A DNA stretch of 64,000 nucleotides, taken from the NCBI RefSeq assembly GCF_006345805.1, contig NC_042999.1:76260001-76324000 (forward strand), read 5' to 3'. Under the pieces are notes generated by a model. That model saw only the letters and a list, made by a program, of their open reading frames with translations, searched no databases and had not been told where the DNA came from. Positions 55,541-64,000 of the stretch are shown here, in pieces; positions within the stretch are counted from its first letter, which is position 1, and the number at the start of each line of letters is the position of its first letter. A program made the translations under genes and the position numbers. The DNA comes from Octopus sinensis. Taxonomy: Eukaryota.

Positions 55541-55852
55541 ATCCATAAAAGGAAAAACACCACACAGCGGCGGGGTGGATTCCAGTTACTGAAATATATG
55601 TAGAATATACTGCCATATTGCATATACAGAATAAATAGAACATTGCCCAATTTGCCTTTTCCTAAATTTTAACAGAAGATAGAAAACTGAAACAGTGGCA
55701 TATGAAAAGGAAACAAAGAAAAATTACTGAAATAACTCGAAAGTATATGTAAAACGTAAATAAAATTTGAAGACCCAGAGTAGCAACAATTCAAACTTAT
55801 CATGTTTTCTCTTAAAACCTAATTTGTAGAAAATTTCAATTAAAATACTCTT

Positions 55853-56030
55853 TTCCACTACGGAACAAGGCCTGAAATTTAGGAGTGTAGCTATTCGATC
55901 CCAGTGCTCTACTCAGAAGAATGAAAGGCAAAGTCAACCTGAGCAAAATTTGAACTCAGCACATAAAGATGGGCGAAATACCTCTATTCATTTTGTTCGA
56001 TGTTCTAACGATTCTGCCAGCTCGTAGCTT
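55853..56030 (-). mobile_element. SINE family 1
   Basis: ATGAAAGGCAAAGTCAACC...TTTGAACTCAG...CTAACGATTCTGCCAGCTCG on the + strand. Confidence 0.8.
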
Positions 56031-57707
56031 TAGTTTGATTTAAAATATAAAAATCTATAATTTAAGTCAAACTGTACACATTTTTAGTTGACTTCCCACA
56101 TTGATTTCATTATCCAGTTAATCAGTTTTGTTTTTCTATATAAATAAAAAGGTGCGCGCGCACGTGTTTGTGTCTGTGCCTGTGCGTGTGTATATACGTG
56201 TGTATGTGCGAGTGCACACACATATATATATGTACATTTACTGATATATATAAATATACACCCTTCCTCTCTCTCTCTCTCTCTAAGTATAAATATGATG
56301 TGTGTGCAGATATATATATATATATATATATATATATTGATTATATCAAGGAGGATTCTTTCAACAAATAAACGAATTACAAATATTAATTACCATAATT
56401 TATCAGGGAACCATTAACTTTTATGTCTGAAATTACGCAGACCTGACCATGAATAAATTATAATGTTTATTACATTTATACAATTAATCACACTTGTTTT
56501 CTGTGTTTAGTTATCACTAATCTCACTTAATATTCATTCATGTAGCGAGTTTTATAAGTGTTGAAACAAATAGTAAAACGAAAATCATAACAAGCCCACT
56601 CCGTAGCTTCAATGCCAGTGAAATCTTTTTAAAACAGTCTGTTGTTGTTGTTGCAGCTTTGGTAGGTTCCCTGAGACGGCTGCGATCGACGTCGTAAATG
56701 TTATTTATAAACAACTGCAGGTTAAATATACACACGAAGTGAATTCCAGTGGGATGATGTCCAGAACTGTTTCTATCCATGAACTGGATAGGAACACTAA
56801 ATTACTTACTGGAGAAGTGCACACAATTTGGGTGACATGCAATGGGTTTTAGAGTAGATGGAATGACATTAGATATTTCTGAGAAGCAGAGGCCACTGTA
56901 GTATCGGTAAAGTGACGAGGAACGAAACTACAATGTAGTTTTGCTTGTGTCTTGCACTTGAAAGTATAAACTTTACAAATTCCTATTTCCTAAAATACAA
57001 GGCTATTAGTCCTTTATAAAAGAAGAGCAATATAAACCATTGTTTTACATCTTGGTTTTAAATGATTGAATTGTTTTGTTTCTTTTTTATTTAATCACAA
57101 TATGATTAGAAGCGTACTGGCTTATTAATTTCAAAATCTAAATATTTGTAAACAACTGTCATATTTTAGCTTCTCATTGTTTGTCTTCTGTCTATTGTAT
57201 GTAATACGAAAGTATATTTCCTTTTCAATAAAGAATCCGTGATATATTATATTTATCATATTTTTGGTTATCATAGTTCTAGTTATTATATCTTTGACAC
57301 ATCATAATTGTCGTATACTGATAATCGAATAAACAACGTTATCACCTATATACCTGTCCTCTTCGATTATCTCCTCTACATCTATTGTCTTTCCTCACAA
57401 ATATAATAACATTTGGTAAATGAAAGATAGGTGGAAATTGATGTAGAGAGAAAGACATATTACAAACAACCTATGCCAAACACCAGAATCTACTCCACCG
57501 ACAACTACAGACATTCAGCTTCCTAGAAACAATTAACAAATCTCCCTCAAATCCCACTATAAAATATAATCCAATATACAGTATGACTAAATAAAATATG
57601 CTATACTATCAAAGTAAACGGGTTTGATCATTGGTTTGACGGATCAGAACAGATCGGTGATTAAACTATTGCATAAAGATGTAAAAATACAACTAAGCTA
57701 AGGACTT

Positions 57708-57923
57708 CAGAGAGTGACCATTGGTTTCGCACCTATAAAGTGCTTGGCTGTATAAGCTTGGCAGTCAAACTCAAATGGCTGGGGACACATAACCTTTCTA
57801 TAACTGGAGGTAGAAAAACGTCATGGAAAACGTCATTTTTTTTTCTGTTTGCATAATGAACCGATCATAAGATTTTCCCCGCTGCAAGCGCTTTATAGGT
57901 ACGAAAGCATTGGTCACTCTCTG
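57708..57923. mobile_element. MITE (~216 bp) with ~40 bp TIRs and CAG...CTG ends (hAT-like)
   Basis: Left end CAGAGAGTGACCATTGGTTTCGCACCTATAAAGTGCTTG; reverse complement of right end CAGAGAGTGACCAATGCTTTCGTACCTATAAAGCGCTTG. No clear TSD. Confidence 0.8.
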
Positions 57924-58033
57924 ACCGGTCATAACAAAGAACCTTCTAAATATACTACTTATATACTACTGCTCTAATGTTTTAGAGTGTGCTCCTTTTT
58001 CGGATATAGGAACTACTGACCGATATACGCGCG

Positions 58034-58070
<37 letters not shown>

Positions 58071-58138
58071 GCACACACATATACAAAGAGTGAGAGAGAA
58101 AGACAAAAGAAATAAGAAAATGAAATAAAAGGACTTAC

Positions 58139-58343
58139 TCCGACTAAATGGCACATGGATATAGTTAAGCCAATTGCAAGTGGTTTGCTGCCGAGTTCCT
58201 TGCGATTTGGGTCAATTGTGGCAAAGATTGTGAAGATGAGGATAAAAGTCAAGATCAGTTCGATACCACATGCTTGTCCTTTTGTGAGATGGCGGTGAAC
58301 TTGAGTCACACCCAAGTCTTGTCGGCACGTCTCTGGTACAATC
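58139..58343 (-). CDS. Aquaporin/MIP channel internal exon (loop C-TM4-TM5), big brain-like
   Basis: Translates to (x)IVPETCRQDLGVTQVHRHLTKGQACGIELILTFILIFTIFATIDPNRKELGSKPLAIGLTISMCHLVG. It carries the MIP TM4 motif E-x-x-x-T-F-x-L-x-F-T-I-F-A-x-x-D-x-x-R and the TM5 motif P-L-A-I-G-L...H-L-x-G. It is preceded by a pyrimidine tract and CAG acceptor (58344-58346) and followed by a GTAAGT donor (58133-58138). 205 bp, 3' boundary in phase 0. Confidence 0.95.
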
Positions 58344-59373
58344 CTGCAATATAGAGTAGAGAAAGTAAGAACAGTAACTAGATGAGAAAGAAAAAAATTT
58401 ACTAAAAATGAAAAGTATAACATAATATAAAGAATTTATAGAAAAATGAATTCGAAGAAATGATGTAGGTTTACTATTAATGCAGATTAGATGTTGTCAA
58501 TAAGAATATTGTAAAATATACAATTTTTTTTCTGTGTTAAATGAATGAAAACTGAAGCCGGAGAGACGACGAATGTAAATAAGTCTGTACATACAATTTT
58601 TGGGGAAAAAGAAATACGAAAGAGACTCAGATATGCTTTGTCCTCGACCATATTGCATACAAATGCACAAATAGTTGAGCTTTAAGCAAGCTGGATAGAC
58701 TTGTTTGCATATATTACAATTTGATAACAGCAAATAAATAAATAAATAAATAAATAAATAAAAATTATGAAATAAAATAAATGAATTAATAAACATAAAA
58801 TTATTAATGAAATGTTGCGGGGAGGGATTGAAGATCTGTTTATTAGCGATCATCCACTAGAAAATGTTTCCATTGCTTCCACGAGGAACTTAATATTGCA
58901 TATCTAAGGAAATAAATGACGACTGATTTCGCACAGAAACTGTGGCTTGATTGACAAACAAAAATTTTAAAGAGTTGTACATTCTAGTCAAGGCGGAAAT
59001 TTAAATAAAAATTAATATAAATGTATGAAATATATAACATATGCAGTGTTGATGTCACCATAAACTGATGTTGGTACACCACCATAAATATCACCATTCA
59101 AGCACTGGCAAAATAGCACATTCTGAGGTAGCCATTCAACGATGTAGACCATAAGACGAGGGAATTATGCCGGTACAGATCCAAATTTTTAAACACTATC
59201 TGCTATTACTATCTACTACTTACTTCAGTGGTTAAATAAGGCTCCTTCTATGAAACTTTCGATTATGGGTTCGTAATGCTGGCTAGCATACATATCCGAC
59301 CCTACTGAAACATATACATATACACATCTGTCTATCTATCCATCTATCTCGTAGTATGTCTATATATATATAT

Positions 59374-59589
59374 ATTGATAAAAATGGTAAGACAACAAAA
59401 GAATGAAAGAGACCTCGATATTATGTAAATAGAGGAATTTATCTGTAAATGTAATATGGGACAATTATTAGTTATTATCCGGCCATCAGATAACTGAAGA
59501 GATGGCGGCGTGGTTTTCCACCTCGGCATCCGAAACTCGGAGTTTTATCATAGCTACCGAATAATTGTCACATATTACATTTACAGATA
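59374..59589. mobile_element. Penelope-like LTR remnant (family A), fold-back arrangement
   Basis: 59374-59469 is the reverse complement of the sequence downstream of the ribozyme (compare 61330-61425). Inverted arms at 59441-59469 and 59560-59588. (TA)n on both sides. Confidence 0.65.
59489..59549 (+). ncRNA. Type I hammerhead ribozyme with canonical core (family A)
   Basis: Stem I GATAA/TTATC; core CTGAAGA; stem II GATG(GCGGCGTGG-TTTT-CCACCTCGG)CATC; C-GAAA; near-palindromic stem III ACTC-G-GAGT; GUU cleavage triplet (cut predicted after 59544). Confidence 0.8.
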
Positions 59590-60093
59590 TATATATATGT
59601 GTGTGTGTGTGTGTCTGTGTGTGTGTATGCATATCTGTGTATAGATAGATAGATAGATAGATAGATAGATGTGTGTTTCCGTAGAGACGTGGGTATGTAT
59701 GCATACATGTGCTATTTCACCAATATATGCATACTCACACAAATACACACGCACATGTATATCAAACATTTATTTAGATTTTACGATATGCATTTTATCA
59801 TAAAAGAAATCCTGGATTTCAGTTGACGTGTGTGCATGTGCATGAATATGTGTGCATAAGCACGCGAGTGCATACCTCCTAACGTAGGCATGCGCGCACG
59901 TGTGCGTGGGTAATTTTATTTCAGAGTATCGACCATCTCTTCCGCAATTATTAAGGAAATAAAGATCTGACGTCATCATTTTCAGCTCATTTAATATCGC
60001 TTGTTTCCTTTCAAGAACTGATCCAAACAACGCAGCATATAAATAAAAAGCCTATGTTTTATTTTCCGTTACTTAATTTTATTTCTAATACAT

Positions 60094-60174
<81 letters not shown>

Positions 60175-60267
60175 AGTGTGTGTGTACATATATATATACG
60201 TACATATATATATATACATATATATATATATATGTATATATATACATATATATATAACATATACATG

Positions 60268-60311
<44 letters not shown>

Positions 60312-60379
60312 TGTATATATATATACTCACTAAATACCGAATGACAGTTTTTTTCCTTAACTACATCTACAATTATTAC

Positions 60380-60423
<44 letters not shown>

Positions 60424-61142
60424 TCGTTGTTGTTGTTGTGGTGGTTCTTGTTGATGTCGATGCCATTGATCTTATTCTTGTTATTTTGTATTATGATCCT
60501 TCGCTTCGCATTATTTTTTCCCTGTTATTCTGAATACCGATGTTTGGAATTTCTTGCAAATAATCTCGTTTGCGCTATTTTATTAAGCTTTCTTTGCTGT
60601 CTTTATTACATTTCCCTTTTGTTTTTTGATTTTTGTTTGAGTTGAGAAGATGTTGTTGGGGCGCGGGTTGACGGTGAGGCAAGTTATGGCATTGTTAATA
60701 ATATAGTATTTTGTGACTGTCGTTATTTTCTTTGATATTCTTCGGTGCTTATGTCGCTGGATTTGTTCCTCTTTTAATTGCTGTTATTACTGCCACGTGA
60801 ATAGATGTAAGCATCACATACACGTGCGCACGAATACGCATATTGTATGAAAATCTAATTACACATTTATATATATATATATTTATGTACATATATGTAT
60901 GTAATATAAATGCCTGTGTATATGCGTATGTGTGTGTAAGAGTATGTATGTTTGCGTAGGTAAATTTGTGTGTGTACGCGTTTAGGAGCTTGTGTTAGTG
61001 TTCGCGTGAGTTAATCAGTTTGCTTCAGCCACGCGACTGAGGATATACTAGTATATTGGCTTTCTATATACTCGTATATGCATGTATGTTTAGTTGCATG
61101 CGTTTGAGCATGCATCTATATCTTGCGTGAGTGTGTGTGTGT

Positions 61143-61178
<36 letters not shown>

Positions 61179-61419
61179 ATCTGAAAATATAATATGCTAC
61201 AATTATTCGGTAGCCATGATAAAACTCCGAGTTTCGGATGTCGGAGCGGAAACCCACGCCGACATTTTTTCCATGGCCCGATAACTGAAGAGATGTCTTC
61301 CGAAACTCGGAGTTTTATCATGGTTACTGAATAATTGTCACATATTATATTTACAGATAAACTCGTCTATTTATATATATCGAGGTCTCCTTCATTCTTT
61401 TGCTGTCTTGCCATTTCTA

Positions 61420-61425
<6 letters not shown>
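61179..61425. mobile_element. Penelope-like LTR remnant (family A), head-to-head inverted pair
   Basis: ~60 bp inverted arms at 61179-61238 and 61299-61358. The minus-strand arm carries a partial hammerhead (long stem II plus CGAAACTCGGAGTTTTATC). Flanked by (TG)n and (TA)n. Confidence 0.65.
61280..61319 (+). ncRNA. Type I hammerhead ribozyme (family A) with internally deleted stem II
   Basis: GATAA CTGAAGA GATGTCTTCC GAAA CTC G GAG TT TTATC. Core, stem I and stem III are identical to the 59489 copy. Confidence 0.65.
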
Positions 61426-61467
<42 letters not shown>

Positions 61468-61703
61468 ATATGTATGTATATACGTTTATCTTTTACTTAA
61501 TAGAGTCATTTCACTGCGGCCATGCTACGGCACTGCCTTCAATCGATCCATGGACTTATTCTTTGTAAGCCTAGTACTTATTCTACCGTTCTCTGTGCTG
61601 AACCGCTAAGCTACGGGGATATAAACACACCGGCACCGGTTGTCAAGCGATTGCAGGAGAATAAACACAGATACAAATATATACATATATGTATATATAT
61701 ATA

Positions 61704-61783
<80 letters not shown>

Positions 61784-61989
61784 ATACGTTTATCTTTTAC
61801 TTAATAGAGTCATTTCACTGCGGCCATGCTACGGCACTGCCTTCAATCGATCCATGGACTTATTCTTTGTAAGCCTAGTACTTATTCTACCGTTCTCTGT
61901 GCTGAACCGCTAAGCTACGGGGATATAAACACACCGGCACCGGTTGTCAAGCGATTGCAGGAGAATAAACACAGATACAAATATATACA

Positions 61990-62024
<35 letters not shown>
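61423..62024. repeat. Tandem duplication, period 304 bp
   Basis: The non-microsatellite parts appear identical (ORFs at 61522 and 61826 start identically), with junctions in (TA)n. Confidence 0.93.
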
Positions 62025-62047
<23 letters not shown>

Positions 62048-62238
62048 AGTGTGTGTGTGTGTATGTGTGTGTGTATACGACGGGCTTCTATCAGTTTCCC
62101 TTTAACAAATCCACTCATAAAGCTTTGGCCGACTCAAGGCTATAAGTAGAAGGCACTTCCGCAGGATATCACACAGTGGGACTGAAGTTGTAACCAGGTG
62201 GTTGCGAAGCAAACATCTAACCACGCAGTTACGCCTAC
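61486..62238 (-). mobile_element. SINE family 2 with a duplicated 3' half
   Basis: Head at 62077-62238. The 3' half is present twice (61486-61680 and 61790-61985). Confidence 0.85.
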
Positions 62239-62959
62239 ACCTACAAATAGATTATATATATTTTACTAAATGTATATTTTAGTAAATGTATTTTGACTGA
62301 AAATATTATTGACTTGAAAATAATATTGACTTAATTACTCACTGCCTCAATTTTAACAACAATACACTTAAATATATTTAGATACGGCTGGTAGATATGT
62401 AGAAGGCAGGTATGTAGGAGTTGGGTAGTTAGGTAGGCAGGTAGGTAGAAAGGTAGCTAGGTAGGTAGGAATATAGGATGGTACTTGTTGACAATTGATA
62501 TAGTGAAAGTTCTATCTTTACTCTCCTTCCCTATCGCCTGGTTACTTCTACAATCATTTTTATTCTAATCATACTTCTATATAAGGAAATATCAAAGCCT
62601 CTATCTTTGTTATTTTTACACATAAAATATTTGCATAATAGATCTCGTACTTAAATAAACCGCGCTGTTGTTGACGGGTATTTTGATGCGTGTGTATGTA
62701 TTATTTTGTTGTTTGTGTGACATGAAAAGAAATACACGATGAAGACTTTGGTACTGTGGCAGAGTTGTGTCTGCGTATCTTTACTTGCAAGCTGAATCGA
62801 GTGTGTTCCAATTAGTATATATCATTGTTTATGGTGTTCTGATTGTCGTATGCATTAGCAGTATGTGTAAGGATGTACGAGGGAGGATGCTTGCAGAAAC
62901 TTGTTTCTTTAGTAACCAAGTATTGGTTTACAGACATTCTTATCTTATTCTCCTATCCC

Positions 62960-63385
62960 TCCCTACAAACCAACTGCTATCATCACCATCATTATCATTA
63001 TCAACACCATTACCTATATTACTATCACCAACTTACCTTTCTATAACCAACACGGACATTGTCATAATTATATCTACACTCACTACCGCCGCCTGCCATT
63101 ATCAGCATCACTTACAATGGTATTACAATCGCCGTTATATCCACCATTGTCACTATAACACTACCATCAACAGAGCGTCAACATCTGTCATCATCAACAA
63201 CATCATCATCGCCGCGGAAACCACCACCATTACCAACAGCAGTAGCACCACTACAGCCATCACTACCACCACCACAACCATCATCATCGTCACCACAACC
63301 ATCATCATCATTATCATCAACACCTCTATCAACACCACCACCGCCATCGTCATCCTCACATCTCCACCACCATCAGCATCATCAC

Positions 63386-63420
<35 letters not shown>

Positions 63421-64000
63421 ACAGATTAATTATCTCGACCAACATGACCATGAATAAAATGAAAACCACAATCTGAACATTACAATGAGTGACTCCTTCG
63501 TCAGTAACATCACTGTCACCCTCGTAATTAAATCAACGTCATATAGCCACCAGTATAAACATCATCATTGCAGACAACATCAACATCACAACCACCACCG
63601 CCAACACCAATAAGCAACAACAACAATACAGTATAGATACCATTGCGCACGAAAAATATGTATAAAAGAACACTGCAAGCGACACTGATTAGACGCCAAC
63701 AACTTATGACAAGCCACAACCACTACTACGACCATTACATCACCAACACCAAATCACCACCACCACCACCACCACCACTACCAACAACAGAACCAACACC
63801 ATGACTACTATCATTCCGGAAAACACTACAAGTATCATCATTTTCTTTTGCTACTACCACTACCACTGTCCCAATCAACGTCAACATTACCATCAATACC
63901 ATGGCTGCCACCTCCATAAAAACAATTAGTGTAAATACGTCCACTACTACAACCACTACTAATGCTGTTCCAAGCAATGTCAACACCACCACTATGAGAA
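62960..64000. repeat. Degenerate (ACC/ATC/ACT/AAC)n trinucleotide low-complexity region
   Basis: Strongly A/C-biased, with cryptic trinucleotide periodicity. Confidence 0.85.

Larger units (their letters stand above)
10023..58138 (-). other. ~48.1 kb GT-AG intron of the aquaporin gene
   Basis: GTAAGT donor at 58138 and TTTTACAG acceptor at 10023 join ...HLVG|YRYT... with no MIP residues missing. Confidence 0.8.

Noticed and set aside
60730-60750. Minus-strand AAT CCA GCG (NPA) upstream of the TM4-TM5 exon, a candidate first NPA exon
   Set aside because: It reads T-N-P-A-T-stop with no SGGH motif, so the true exon probably lies beyond 64000.
62767-63429. 220-aa Thr/Ile/Ser-rich ORF with a mucin-like appearance
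   Set aside because: It is a degenerate trinucleotide low-complexity tract open in several frames, with no splice or domain evidence.

Overview
This is an AT-rich, microsatellite-dense eukaryotic genomic window. Its SINE families and its (TA)n/(AAT)n/(AGAT)n density suggest an octopus or related coleoid cephalopod (inference). The only host gene I can support is a minus-strand aquaporin/MIP-family gene, big-brain-like or classical water-channel type. It shows two internal exons, 58139-58343 (TM4-TM5) and 9942-10022 (loop E, NPAR), joined in frame across a ~48 kb GT-AG intron; the first and last exons appear to lie outside the window. The rest is intronic repeat DNA: (AAT)n-targeted RLE retrotransposons (R4/Dong-like), L1/Tx1 and CR1 LINE fragments, a Chapaev3-like DNA transposon derivative, a MITE, about 25 tRNA-derived SINE copies from three families, and two near-perfect tandem duplications that may be assembly artefacts. 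The most interesting signal is five minimal type-I hammerhead ribozyme motifs from three unrelated short (TA)n-associated repeat families resembling Penelope-like-element LTRs. Some sit in fold-back configurations, and two families share an atypical C-C-G-A core. Almost all other ORFs in the track are microsatellite translations.
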